Under the pieces are notes generated by a model. It had not been told where the DNA came from, did not search any database, and saw only the letters and a program-made list of their open reading frames with translations. A stretch of 64,000 bases of DNA from positions 16,926,001 to 16,990,000 of the forward strand of contig CM022671.1 of assembly GCA_012295275.1 (NCBI GenBank), in the 5' to 3' direction. The position numbers were made by a program, and so were the translations under genes. Below are positions 1-13,382 of this stretch, piece after piece; position 1 is the stretch's first letter, and every line of letters begins with the position of its first letter. The DNA comes from Chrysomallon squamiferum. Lineage: Eukaryota; Animalia; Mollusca.

Positions 1-222
1 CTAATCAACCCATTAACACTGCACTGAACTGAAAATCCGGGCTTCCGGACTGCTTAGCTAGGGCAGATGTTAATGTCAGATGAAAGTAAACGGATGATTG
101 TGTTTGTATTAATAATGAAATCGATGAATAGCACTGTTTAGTTTTTGGGTAATGTAACTTTACACAAAACTGCAAAACGCGAAGTAATTTATAAAATGTC
201 TGTTGTATCCAGACATTCCTTG

Positions 223-228
223 TTTATT
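223..228 (-). terminator. Candidate polyadenylation signal of polyprotein exon copy 1 (present in all five copies)
   Basis: AATAAA on the minus strand ~155 nt after the stop; another AATAAA overlaps the stop codon. The motif is common in AT-rich DNA, so it is weak evidence alone. Confidence 0.4.
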
Positions 229-381
229 TTGACATGTAACAATGTAACAATAAAATATTAAAATGTGCAAACACGTTGTTCTCCGACTCTAGCTGTCACT
301 TTGAACAACAACAACAAGAAAAATAATAAGCCTTTCTCGTAAAAACACGAAACGTTCGATTCAACCAGTTAGAAAGCGCAT

Positions 382-1287
382 TTATTTGGAACCTTTCTGC
401 CCTTCGTTTACCTTCGTTTCGTTGATCTTGTCTTCCAAATCTCGCGTTTTCTCGACAAACTGATCGTCGTTTGCGTGAGTTCGCTTCTCGTGCACTTTTC
501 TTTTGCTTTGACTGAAGAAGAACTTTTCCCTTGCGGATCTGTGCCACCATTTTATCTTCCTTTTCACGTGCGGTTTTCTCAGTTCGGAAATCTCGTCGAG
601 TTCTGGTTGACTGGATTTTTCAGTTAATTTCGGACTCTCAGAATGATTTGGTTGTGGGTCTTTCTTGTTACTGTTCTCGCTGTTACGTTTTGCGCCATTA
701 TTAGCAGTCGTTTGGAGATCGTCTTCCAGTCCTAACTCGGTCTCGGAATCTTCCTTACTTCTTTTTATATGTGTATGCTTATTATCATGTTTCCCATGTG
801 CTGGCTTCATATGTGGAAAACCATATCTTCTGGTCTTTTCATTTTCCCTCTTCGTACGTGATAATTCAGCTTCGTCCTTTCTTTTCACGCGCGATAATTC
901 AGCCTCGTCTCCTCTCTTCACGCGTGACAATTCAGCTTCGTCTCCTCTTTTCACGCGTGACAATTCAGCTTCGTCTACTCGTTTCACGCGTGACAGTTCA
1001 GCTTCGTCTCCTCTTTTAACGCGTGATAATTCAGCTTCGTCAGTTCAGCTTCTTTCTCCTCTTTTAATCGCGCGTGATAATTCAGCTTCTTTCCTTTCAA
1101 CGCGTGATGGGGCAATTTCGTCTCTTTTCACGCGCGATAATTCAGCTTCATTAATTCTCTTTACGCGTGATAATTCCTTTTCCTGGTCTCTCTTGACGCG
1201 AGTGAGTTCCAGAAAGGATTCATCTGATCGCTTCTCGCGCTGCAGTTCAGTCTCTAGATTAAGACTGGCTGGATGTAAAGGAATGGC
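382..1287 (-). pseudogene. Polyprotein terminal exon, copy 1 (frameshifted at ~1030-1070 in this sequence)
   Basis: Acceptor ttttattttatttttccag|GCC ATT CCT at 1287. The frame stops at 1045 (...RAIKRGERS*) and resumes in another frame to the stop at 382 (ORFs 1045..1314 and 382..987). The frameshift may be a consensus error. Confidence 0.75.
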
Positions 1288-2509
1288 CTGGAAAAATAAA
1301 ATAAAACACCCCACCTTTGATTAAAACAGAAACAGAAATAAAAACGAAATAATATTTATGATCCGCAGAATTCATTTACTGTATTGCAATTTCAATGTAA
1401 AGAGACAGAGAGAATAATAATAATTAAAAAAAAAACTAGAAAAAAAAAAAAAATAATAATAATAATAAATTTAAAAACAAAAATAATAATAAAAAAATAA
1501 CAATAAATAAAATAAGACTTTCAAAATATCGTACGTTACATAACACCCACAGATTGCTAGTCCAAGTATATTCCACAATAAATCAGCGTTTTTATTAAGA
1601 AAATCTATAACTGCAAAACTGAAATCTCTTTTGTTTTATTCAATTTACATCATCCACGGTGTAAATCCACAGCATTGCGATTGCACATTTTTTTTCTTTC
1701 TCTCAACTGGCTTCATCACTGATTGAATTTCTAAAGTAATATGAATAGTCTCTCTGCAAAATCTTATATAAATCACCGTGATCCATTCATTTTCTAATCT
1801 GAGTTGGCAGCCTCTCAGGAGAGGACTATTGACGCCTTAAATGAAAGTACGACCACACAAGGAAATGATGAATGACTGTTTCGTATTCATTATGCTAAAT
1901 TAAAATTCTTTGTAGAATCAGCTAAATAAGATATGTTGTGCTTGATATATATACCGATTATTCGAATAACTGTACGATAATGCAGGAATAGTTTGTAGGT
2001 GAAAAAAATGCGAAAATAAGGAAGAAATTTGTTGTTTTGTAAAATGCATCCTTTATCGGAATATATTATAGGTGAGGATGATGGAACAAAATACAATGTT
2101 TGTGATATACGTCCATAAAATAACGTAGCTGGAATACAGTGTGTATGAAAAGAATATTTTAATTTGTTTCGCTTTTTATTCGTGCAAAAACAACGGAAAA
2201 TATTACTGCAACATGAAAATGTTTCATTATTTCAATTACAAAAATGATTAAAATCAGGACTGAAATCAGGGGTCCATCTGTCTGTCTAGATTACAACATA
2301 AAACAATTAGATGTATTTCTAAATACTCTGAGTTTCAGTAACAGATTAATGAGAATTATTAGCATTAAAATAATGACAGATCAACAGTTAAATACTTTGT
2401 CTTTTGATAATTTCAGATAGCTTGAATTTACAATATTAGTAAAGAGAAGAAGACTGAAAGAAATATGTAGACAAAATGTAAGTTGTTTATATAGGAAATG
2501 ATATTTAAA

Positions 2510-2704
2510 AACGTATTTGTTATTGCTTTTGTTGTTGTTATTATTATTATTTTAAATTATTTAAATATTTATTATTATTTATTATTATTTGTAAATTTTA
2601 TTTGAATATTTATTATATTTTTATTCACCAATTACTGTATTTATTTTATTAATACTGCTGCTACTATTGCTGCTGCTGCTACTACTACTACTAACACCAC
2701 CACC

Positions 2705-2740
<36 letters not shown>

Positions 2741-2785
2741 GCTGCTGCTGCTATTGCTGCTGCTGCTACTACTACTACTACTTCT
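2510..2785. repeat. Compound (ATT)n and (ACC)n(ACT)n(GCT)n microsatellite inside each array unit
   Basis: Directly visible; length varies between units (~6905-7120, ~11205-11445, ~15585-15805, ~19930-20130). Confidence 0.9.
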
Positions 2786-3389
2786 ATCCTTTTATTTCTT
2801 ATTCGTTTCTTAGAATAATTATTAATCTATCACGCACGTGTTTGCGTTTTGAAACAATATCTGGATATCGTTTTAATTTTAAAATTTGTTTTTCTTATTA
2901 GTCAATACGTAGATAGATACCACGTTGTACTGAACTAGCACCTATAGCATCAGCTTTCCACAGCTTCTGAAAATTTTATTTGAATGCTGAATAAAATTTA
3001 CAGCATATTTTTGTGATACCCACTGGACAAAAATTTTGATATTTATCATTTTAATGTAACAGTATTTATTGATAGATGACAATAATTTTAATATCTTTTT
3101 AATAATAATTTTTATTTATTTTATTAACTTCAAAAGTTTTTCTCCAAGCCCACAATAATGTGTTTTCCCAGCCCTGGGAAGGTGAATATCAAATATCCTC
3201 TCATTGCTAATTAAAACAAAATAGAATGACACAAGTGGTTTATGTTTCTCATTGATTATGAGGACTTTAACCAAATGTGTTATATCATCATCAGTTATAA
3301 ATATGATATTAACTAAAATATATCTTTCTTTTATCTTGCAAATGAAATGTTATGTGATTTATTTTAACTATAATCTGTTTTAATTTCAG

Positions 3390-3490
3390 ACTTCCACTGG
3401 CCCAGTTCCTTATGTTGATACTGTTCTTATGACACAGACTGCAGCAAAATATAAATCTCGAAGAATGTCAAGAAGATGAATTTTAATAAA
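3390..3490 (+). other. Plus-strand terminal-exon-like segment repeated in each unit (also starting at 7729, 12054, 16416)
   Basis: Branch-like ttttaac and acceptor tgttttaatttcag|, then 29 codons (TSTGPVPYVDTVLMTQTAAKYKSRRMSRR*) in phase 0, then AATAAA at 3485-3490. Parent gene and true frame unknown. Confidence 0.45.
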
Positions 3491-4715
3491 AGGAATTTCT
3501 AATACTTGAAACTGAAGAAAAAAAAAAAAAAAAAAAACTGAAATAAATAAATAAAGTGAAATGAGTGAAATAAATAAAAATTTAAATTAAGAAAACAATT
3601 GTGTTTCTGTAGAAATTAAAGATTATTTTTTTAATATTTGATATATTGTCCATTTTGTTTTAAATTGTTGAGAAAGAATTCTAAACCTGCAAACAGTTTT
3701 AAGCATCTTGTCATTAAAATTTTGTATTTTATTGTTTATTTCTTCATTTTTATTTATTACATTTTATTTTTTTAAAGTTTCTTTTAAATTTAATTTTGAA
3801 GATTGTGTGTAAACGTTCTGGCCTGGTTCATCTTTATGTTTAGAGGATAAAAACTTCTTATTTCATTTTATTTAGAATTTCAAAAAGATTTACTTCAGGA
3901 TAAATTTGTGTTTCAAAAAAAACAAAAGTCTCAATTTTCAAAATTAAAGAGATGACTTTCTTTAGTTCCTTTCATTGGTAAACATCATCTTGCTACTGCT
4001 ATTCAGAGAGACTTGCCAGTATTTCCCGTTTCAAATAATTATTTGAAGAACTATGACTCGCATCTATTAATTGTTCATAACTGTATTTTGATACCATTAA
4101 ACAAATACTCATTATTTAATAACTTCACCAGGTCATTGCATTTAACAGACAGAACTACACTGACAAACTCTATCTTGTCCATCAGCACATAAACATTCAG
4201 CTGCAGTGACGCTCTGGTCATGCAGGTCACAGATATTACGGCTCGATGGCATTTCCCCAAATTTTCATCTCACTGCTGTTCCTATCAAGAGACAATTGCC
4301 TTGATAGGAGGAGAGCAGTAAACCCATTATTCTCACTAATCAACCCATTAACACTGCACTGAACAGAAAACCCGGGCTTCCGGACTTGTTAGCCAGGGCA
4401 GATGTTAATGTCAGATGAAAGTAAACGGATGATTGTGTTTGTATTAATAATGAAATCGATGAACAGCACTGTTTAGTTTTTGGGTAATGTAACTTTACAC
4501 AAAACTGGAAAACGCGAAGTAGTTTATAAAATGTCTGTTGTATCCAGACATTCCTTGTTTATTTTGACATGTAACAATGTAACAATAAAATATTAAAATG
4601 TGAAAATACGTTGTTCTCCGACTCTCGCTGTCACTTTGAACAACAACAACAACAAAAATAAGAAGTCTTTCTCGTAAAACACGAAACGTTCGATTCAACA
4701 AGTTAGAAAGCGCAT

Positions 4716-5669
4716 TTATTTGGAACTTTTCTGCCCTTCGTTTACCTTCGTTTCGTAGACCTTGTCTTCCAAATCGCGCGTTTTCTCGACAAACTGATCG
4801 CCGTTTGCGTGAGTTCGCTTCTCGTGCACATTTCTTTTGCTTTGACTGAGGAAGAACTTTTCCCTTGCGCGTTTCTCCCACCATCCCATCTTCCTTTTCA
4901 CGTGCGGTTTTCTCAGTTCGGAAATCTCGTCGAGTTCTGGTTGACTGGATTTTTTAGTTAATTTCGGACTCTCAGAATGATTTGGTTGTGGGTCTTTCTT
5001 GTTACTGTTCTCGCTGTTACGTTTTGCGCCATTATTAGCAGTCGTCTGGAGATCGTCTTCCAGTCCTAACTCGGTCTCGGAATCTTCCTTACTTCTTTTT
5101 ATATGTGTATGCTTATTATTATGTTTCCCATGTGCTGGATTCATATGTGGAAAAACATGTCTTCTGGTCTTTTCATTTTCCCTCTTCGTACGTGATAATT
5201 CAGCTTCGTTCTTTCTTTTCACGCGCGATAATTCAGCCTCGTCTCCTCTTTTGCGCGTGACAATTCAGCTTCGCCTCCTCTTCACACGCGTGACAATTCA
5301 GCTTCGTCTCCTCTTTTCACGCGTGACAATTCAGCTTCGTCTCCTTTTTCACGCGCGACAGTTCAGCTTCACGCGTGACAGTTCAGCTTCGTCTCCTCTT
5401 TTACGCGTGATAATTCAGCTTCTTTCCTTTCAAAGGGTTGTGGTGGAATTTCTCTTTTTACGCGTGATAATTCAGCTTCTTTCGCGTGAACGCGTGAATT
5501 CGTCTCTTTTCACGCGCGATAATTCAGCTTCATTAATTCTCTTTACGCGTGATAATTCCTTTTCCTGATCTCTCTTGACGCGAGTGAGTTCCAGAAAGGA
5601 TTCATCTGATCGCTTCTCGCGCTGCAGTTCAGTTTCTAGATTAAGACTGGCTGGATGTAAAGGAATGGC
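4716..5669 (-). pseudogene. Polyprotein terminal exon, copy 2 (several indels in the 33-bp repeat tract, ~5250-5500)
   Basis: Same acceptor at 5669, premature stop at 5472, C-terminal frame 4716..5222 intact. Repeat units are scrambled or 1 nt short. Confidence 0.75.
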
Positions 5670-5772
5670 CTGGAAAAAGAAAATAAAACACCCCACCTTT
5701 GATTAAAACAGAAACAGAAATAAAAACGAAATAATTATGATCCGCAGAATTTCAATGTAAAGAGACAGAGAG

Positions 5773-5806
<34 letters not shown>

Positions 5807-6911
5807 TTTAGAACAAAAAAACTTAAAAATACAAAAAATCATAAATTTAAAAACAAAATAATAATAAAAAATAACAATAAATAGAATAAGACTTTCAAAA
5901 TATCGTACGTTACATAACACCCACAGATTGCTAGTCCAAGTATATTCCACAATAAATCAGCGTTTTTATTAAGAAAATCTATAACTGCAAAACTGAAATC
6001 TCTTTTGTTTTATTCAGTTTACATCATCCACGGTGTAAATCCACAGCATTGCGATTGCACATTTTTTTCTTTCTCATAACTGGCTTCATCACTGACTGAA
6101 TTTCTAAAGTAATATGAATAGTCTCTCTGCAAAATCTTATATAAATCACCGTGATCCATTCATTTTCTAATCTGAGTTGGCAGCCTCTCAGGAGAGGACT
6201 ATTGACGCCTTAAATGAAAGTACGACCACACAAGGAAATGATGAACGACTGTTTCGTATTCATTATGCTAAATTAAAATTCTTTGTAGAATCAGCTAAAT
6301 AAGATATGTTGTGCTTGATATATATACCGATTATTCGAATAACTGTACGATAATGCAGGAATAGTTTGTAGGTGAAAAAAATGCGAAAATAAGGAAGAAA
6401 TTTGTTGTTTTGTAAAATGCATCCTTTATCGGAATATATTATAGGTGAGGATGATGGAACAAAATACAATGTTTGTGATATACGTCCATAAAATAACGTA
6501 GCTGGAACACAGTGTGTATGAAAAGAATATTTTTGTATTTCTTTCGCTTTTTATTCGTGCAAAAACAAACGGAAAAGATTACAGCAACATGAAAGTGTTT
6601 CATTATTTCAATTACAAAAACGATTAAAATCAGGACTGAAATCAGGGGTCCATCTGTCTGTCTAGATTACAACATAAAACAATTAGATGTATTTCTAAAT
6701 ACTTTGAGTTTCAGTAGCAGATTAATGAGAATTATTAGCATTAAAATAATGACAGATCAACAGTTAAATACTTTGTCTTTTGATAATTTCAGATAGCTTG
6801 AATTTACAATATTAGTAAAGAGAAGAAGACTGAAAGAAATATGTAGACAAAAATGTAAGTTGTTTATATAGGAAATGATATTTAAAAACGTATTTGTTAT
6901 TGCTTTTGTTG

Positions 6912-6952
<41 letters not shown>

Positions 6953-7037
6953 TTAAATTAATTTGAATATTTATTATATATTTATTCTTAATTACTGTAT
7001 TTATTTTATTAATACTACTACTACTAACACCACCACC

Positions 7038-7079
<42 letters not shown>

Positions 7080-9055
7080 GCTGCTGCTATTGCTGCTGCT
7101 GCTACTACTACTACTACTTCTATCGTTTTATTTCTTATTCGTTTCTTAGAATAATTATTAATCTATCACGCACGTGTTTGCGTTTTGAAACAGTATCTGG
7201 ATATCGTTTTAATTTTAAAATTTGTTTTTCTTATTAGTCAATACGTAGATAGATACCACGTTGTACTGAACTAGCACCTATAGCATCAGCTTTCCACAGC
7301 TTCTGGAAATTTTATTTGAATGCCGAATAAAATTTACAGCATATTTTTGTGATACCCACTGTACAAAAATTTAGATATTTATCATTTTAATGTAACAGTA
7401 TTTATTGATAGATGACAATAATTTTAATATCTTTTTAATAATAATTTTTATTTATTTTATTAACTTCAAAAGTTTTTTCTCCAAGCCCACAATAATGTGT
7501 TTTCTCCAGCCCCTGGGAAGGTGAATATCAAATATCCTCTCATTGCTAATTAAAACAAAATAGAATGACACAAGTGGTTTATGTTTCTCATTGATTATGA
7601 GGACTTTAACCAACTGTGTTATATCATCATCAGTTATAAATATGATATTAACTAAAATATATCTTTCTTTTATCTTGCAAATGAAATGTTATGTGATTTA
7701 TTTTAACTGTAATCTGTTTTAATTTCAGACTTCCACTGGCCCAGTTCCTTATGTTGATACTGTTCTTATGACACAGACTGCAGCAAAATATAAATCTCGA
7801 AGAATGTCAAGAAGATGAATTTTAATAAAAGAATTTCTAATACTTGAAACTGAAGAAAAAAATAAAAAATAAAACTGAAATAAATAAATAAAGTGAAATG
7901 AGTGAAATAAATAAAAATTTAAATTAAGAAAACAATTGTGTTTCTGTAAAAATTAAAGATTATTTTTTTAATATTTGATATATTGTCCATTTTGTTTTAA
8001 ATTGTTGAGAAAGAATTCTAAACCTGCAAACAGTTTTAAGCATCTTGTCATTAAAATTTTGTATTTTATTGTTTATTTCTTCATTTTTATTTATTACATT
8101 TTATTTTTTAAGTTTCTTTTAAATTTAATTTTGAAGATTGTGTGTAAACGTTCTGGCCTGGTTTATCTTTATGTTTAGAGGATAAAAACTTCTTATTTTC
8201 ATTTTATTTAGAATTTCAAAAAGATTTACTTCAGGATAAATTTGTGTTTCAAAAAGAACAAAAGTCTCAATTTTCAAAATTAAAGAGATGACTTTCTTTA
8301 GTTCCTTTCGTTGGTAAACATCATCTTGCTACTGCTACTCAGAGAGACTTGCCAGTATTTCCCGTTTCAAATAATTATTTCAAGAACTGTACGACTCGCA
8401 TCTATTAATTGTTCATAACTGTATTTTGATACCATTAAACAAATACTCATTATTTAATAACTTCACCAGGCCATTGCATTTAACAGACAGAACTACACTG
8501 ACAAACTCTATCTTGTCCATCAGCACATAAACATTCAGCTGCAGTGACGCTCTGGTCATGCAGGTCACAGATATTACGGCTCGATGGCATTTCCCCAAAT
8601 TTTCATCTCACTGCTGTTCCTATCAAGAGACAATTGCCTTGATAGGAGGAGAGCAGTAAACCCATTATTCTCACTAATCAACCCATTAACACTGCACTGA
8701 ACAGAAAACCCGGGCTTCCGGACTTGTTAGCCAGGGCAGATGTTAATGTCAGATGAAAGTAAACGGATGATTGTGTTTGTATTAATAATGAAATCGATGA
8801 ACAGCACTGTTTAGTTTTTGGGTAATGTAACTTTACACAAAACTGCAAAACGCGAAGTAGTTTATAAAATGTCTGTTGTATCCAGACATTCCTTGTTTAT
8901 TTTGACATGTAACAATGTAACAATAAAATATTAAAATGTGAAAATACGTTGTTCTCCGACTCTCGCTGTCACTTTGAACAACAACAACAACAAAAAATAA
9001 GAAGTCTTTCTCGTAAAAACACGAAACGTTCGATTCAACAAGTTAGAAAGCGCAT

Positions 9056-9970
9056 TTATTTGGAACTTTTCTGCCCTTCGTTTACCTTCGTTTCGTAGAC
9101 CTTGTCTTCCAAATCGCGCGTTTTCTCGACAAACTGATCGCCGTTTGCGTGAGTTCGCTTCTCGTGCACATTTCTTTTGCTTTGACTGAGGAAGAACTTT
9201 TCCCTTGCGCGTTTCTCCCACCATCCCATCTTCCTTTTCACGTGCGGTTTTCTCAGTTCGGAAATCTCGTCGAGTTCTGGTTGACTGGATTTTTTAGTTA
9301 ATTTCGGACTCTCAGAATGATTTGGTTGTGGGTCTTTCTTGTTACTGTTCTCGCTGTTTCGTTTTGCTCCATTATTAGCAGTCGTTTGGAGATCGTCTTC
9401 CAGTCCTAACTCGGTCTCGGAATCTTCCTTACTTCTTTTTATATGTGTATGCTTATTATCATGTTTCCCATGTGCTGGCTTCATATGTGGAAAACCATGT
9501 CTTCTGGTCTTTTCATTTTCCCTCTTCGTACGTGATAATTCAGCTTCGTCCTTTCTTTTCACGCGTGATACTTCAGCCTCGTCTCCTCTCTTCACGCGTG
9601 ACAATTCAGCTTCGTCTCCCCTTTTCACGCGTGACAATTCAGCTTCGTCTCCTCTTTTTACGCGCGATAATTCAGTTTCTTTCCTTTCAACGGGTGATGG
9701 TGCAATCTCGTCTCTTTTGACGCGTGACAATTCAGCTTCGTCTCCTCTTTTTACGCGTGATAATTCAGCTTCTTTCCTTTCAACGCGTGATGGTGCAATC
9801 TCGTCTCTTTTCACGCGTGACAATTCAGCTTCATTAATTCTCTTTACGCGTGATAATTCCTTTTCCTGATCTCTCTTGACGCGAGTGAGTTCCAGAAAGG
9901 ATTCATCTGATCGCTTCTCGCGCTGCAGTTCAGTCTCTAGATTAAGACTGGCTGGATGTAAAGGAATGGC
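9056..9970 (-). CDS. Polyprotein terminal exon, copy 3 (intact, 304 aa; 325 aa with leader exon): secreted multi-peptide precursor of unknown family
   Basis: Phase-0 acceptor ...ttccag|AIPLHPASLNLE at 9970 and an open frame to the stop at 9056. It has 11 R-x-K-R sites plus further KR/RR sites, with AATAAA in the downstream flank. Confidence 0.85.
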   Translation of the reverse strand, partial: AIPLHPASLNLETELQREKRSDESFLELTRVKRDQEKELSRVKRINEAELSRVKRDEIAPSRVERKEAELSRVKRGDEAELSRVKRDEIAPSPVERKETELSRVKRGDEAELSRVKRGDEAELSRVKRGDEAEVSRVKRKDEAELSRTKRENEKTRRHGFPHMKPAHGKHDNKHTHIKRSKEDSETELGLEDDLQTTANNGAKRNSENSNKKDPQPNHSESPKLTKKSSQPELDEISELRKPHVKRKMGWWEKRAREKFFLSQSKRNVHEKRTHANGDQFVEKTRDLEDKVYETKVNEGQKSSK

Positions 9971-11209
9971 CTGGAAAAATAAAATAAAACACCCCACCTT
10001 TGATTAAAACAGAAACAGAAATAAAAACGAAATAATATTTATGATCCGCAGAATTCATTTACTGTATTGCAATTTCAATGTAAAGAGACAGAGAGAATAA
10101 TAATAATTAAAAAAAAAACTAGAAAAAAAAAAAAATAATAATAATAATAATAAATTTAAAAACAAAAATAATAATAAAAAAATAACAATAAATAAAATAA
10201 GACTTTCAAAATATCGTACGTTACATAACACCCACAGATTGCTAGTCCAAGTATATTCCACAATAAATCAGCGTTTTTATTAAGAAAAAACTGAAATCTC
10301 TTTTGTTTTATTCAATTTACATCATGCACAGTGTAAATCCACAGCATTGCGATTGCAAATTTTTTTTCTTTCTCTCAACTGGCTTCATCACTGATTGAAT
10401 TTCTAAAGTAATATGAATAGTCTCTGTGCAAAATCTTATATAAATCACCGTGATCCATTCATTTTCTAATCTGAGTTGGCAGCCTCTCGGGAGAGGACTA
10501 TTGACGCCTTAAATGAAAGTACGACCACACGAGGAAATGATGAATGACTGTTTCGTATTCATTATGCTAAATTAAAATTCTTTGTAGAATCAGCTAAATA
10601 AGATATGTTGTGCTTGATATATATACCGATTATTCGAATAACTGTACGATAATGCAGGAATAGTTTGTAGGTGAAAAAAATGCGAAAATAAGGAAGAAAT
10701 TTGTTGTTTTGTAAAATGCATCCTTTATCGGAATATATTATAGGTGAGGATGATGGAACAAAATACAATGTTTGTGATATACGTCCATAAAATAACGTAG
10801 CTGGAATACAGTGTGTATGAAAAGAATATTTTTGTATTTCTTTCGCTTTTTATTCGTGCAAAAACAAACGGAAAAGATTACAGCAACATGAAAGTGTTTC
10901 ATTATTTCAATTACAAAAATGATTAAAATCAGGACTGAAATCAGGGGTCCATCTGTCTGTCTAGATTACAACATAAAACAATTAGATGTATTTCTAAATA
11001 CTTTGAGTTTCAGTAGCAGATTAATGAGAATTATTAGCATTAAAATAATGACAGATCAACAGTTAAATACTTTGTCTTTTGATAATTTCAGATAGCTTGA
11101 ATTTACAATATTAGTAAAGAGAAGAAGACTGAAAGAAATATGTAGACAAAATGTAAGTTGTTTATATAGGAAATGATATTTAAAAACGTATTTGTTATTG
11201 CTTTTGTTG

Positions 11210-11265
<56 letters not shown>

Positions 11266-11353
11266 TTAAATTAATTTGAATATTTATTATATATTTATTC
11301 TTAATTACTGTATTTATTTTATTAATACTACTACTACTAACACCACCACCACC

Positions 11354-11413
<60 letters not shown>

Positions 11414-13382
11414 TTGCTGCTGCTGCTACTACTACTACTACTTCTATCGTTTTATTTCTTATTCGTTTCTTAGAATAATTATTAATCTATCACGCACGTG
11501 TTTGCGTTTTGAAACAGTATCTGGATATCGTTTTAATTTTAAAATTTGTTTTTCTTATTAGTCAATACGTAGATAGATACCACGTTGTACTGAACTAGCA
11601 CCTATAGCATAAGCTTTCCACAGCTTCTGAAAATTTTATTTGAATGCCGAATAAAATTTACAGCATATTTTTGTGATACCCACTGTACAAAAATTTAGAT
11701 ATTTATCATTTTAATGTAACAGTATTTATTGATAGATGACAATAATTTTAATATCTTTTTAATAATAATTTTTATTTATTTTATTAACTTCAAAAGTTTT
11801 TTTCTCCAAGCCCACAATAATGTGTTTTCTCCAGCCCCTGGGAAGGTAAATATCAAATATCCTCTCACTGCTAATTAAAACAAAATAGAATGGCACAAGT
11901 GGTTTATGTTTCTCATTGATTATGAGGACTTTAACCAAATGTGTTATATCATCATCAGTTATAAATATGATATTAACTAAAATATATCTTTCTTTTATTT
12001 TGCAAATGAAATGTTATGTGATTTATTTTAACTATAATCTGTTTTAATTTCAGACTTCCACTGGCCCAGTTCCTTATGTTGATACTGTTCTTATGACACA
12101 GACTGCAGCAAAATATAAATCTCGAAGAATGTCAAGAAGATGAATTTTAATAAAGGAATTTCTAATACTTGAAACTGAAGAAAAAAAATAAAAAATAAAA
12201 CTGAAATAAATAAATAAAGTGAAATGAGTGAAATAAATAAAAATTTAAATTAAGAAAACAATTGTGTTTCTGTAGAAATTAAAGATTATTTTTTTAATAT
12301 TTGATATATTGTCCATTTTGTTTTAAATTGTTGAGAAAGAATTCTAAACCTGCAAACAGTTTTAAGCATCGTGTCATTAAAATTTTGTATTTTATTGTTT
12401 ATTTCTTCATTTTTATTTATTACATTTTATTTTTTAAGTTTCTTTTAAATTTAATTTTGAAGATTGTGTGTAAACGTTCTGGCCTGGTTCATCTTTATGT
12501 TTAGAGGATAAAAACTTCTTATTTCATTTTATTTAGAATTTCAAAAAGATTTACTTCAGGATAAATTTGTGTTTCAAAAAAAACACAAAAGTCTCAATTT
12601 TCAAAATTAAAGAGATGACTTTCTTTAGTTCCTTTCATTGGTAAACAACATCTTGCTACTGCTACTCAGAGAGACTTGCCAGTATTTCCCGTTTCAAATA
12701 ATTATTTCAAGAACTGTACGACTCGCATCTATTAATTGTTCATAACTGTATTTTGATACCATTAAACAAATACTCATTATTTAATAACTTCACCAGGCCA
12801 TTGCATTTAACAGACAGAACTACACTGACAAACTCTATCTTGTCCATCAGCACATAAACATTCAGCTGCAGTGACGCTCTGGTCATGCAGGTCACAGATA
12901 TTACGGCTCGATGGCATTTCCCCAAATTTTCATCTCACTGCTGTTCCTATCAAGAGACAATTGCCTTGATAGGAGGAGAGCAGTAAACCCATTATTCTCA
13001 CTAATCAACCCATTAACACTGCACTGAACAGAAAACCCGGGCTTCCGGACTTGTTAGCCAGGGCAGATGTTAATGTCAGATGAAAGTAAACGGATGATTG
13101 TGTTTGTATTAATAATGAAATCGATGAACAGCACTGTTTAGTTTTTGGGTAATGTAACTTTACACAAAACTGCAAAACGCGAAGTAGTTTATAAAATGTC
13201 TGTTGTATCCAGACATTCCTTGTTTATTTTGACATGTAACAATGTAACAATAAAATATTAAAATGTGAAAATACGTTGTTCTCCGACTCTCGCTGTCACT
13301 TTGAACAACAACAACAACAAAAAATAAGAAGTCTTTCTCGTAAAAACACGAAACGTTCGATTCAACAAGTTAGAAAGCGCAT

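Noticed and set aside
1288-1314. N-terminus MGCFILFFQ given by the ORF track for each copy
   Set aside because: It is the polypyrimidine tract and CAG acceptor read from a GTG, so it is intronic.
665-1324. Plus-strand ORFs with TRDNSASSPLF repeats (also at 4999, 9339, 13666, 18027)
   Set aside because: Antisense shadow of the 33-bp coding repeat; non-ATG starts and no splice or motif support.
1538-1772. TATA-like TATATAAG (1770-1763, minus) and a signal-like frame LLWNILGLAICGCY|gtaacg in each unit, suggesting each unit is a complete gene
   Set aside because: No in-frame ATG before an upstream TGA, nearby ATGs give only short non-signal ORFs, and the donor is weak. The exon at 27852-27790 fits much better. 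Not fully excluded without 5' RACE.
2417-2477. Plus-strand exon-like segment (tttcag|...|gtaagt) in each unit
   Set aside because: Stops in all three frames from the CAG acceptor, and length differs by 1 nt between copies. It may be a non-coding exon or chance; unsupported as CDS.
9056-9970. Assignment to egg-laying hormone, WWamide/APGWamide or another named neuropeptide family
   Set aside because: No ELH-like long amidated peptide, no GKR amidation sites and no matching motif I can recognise.
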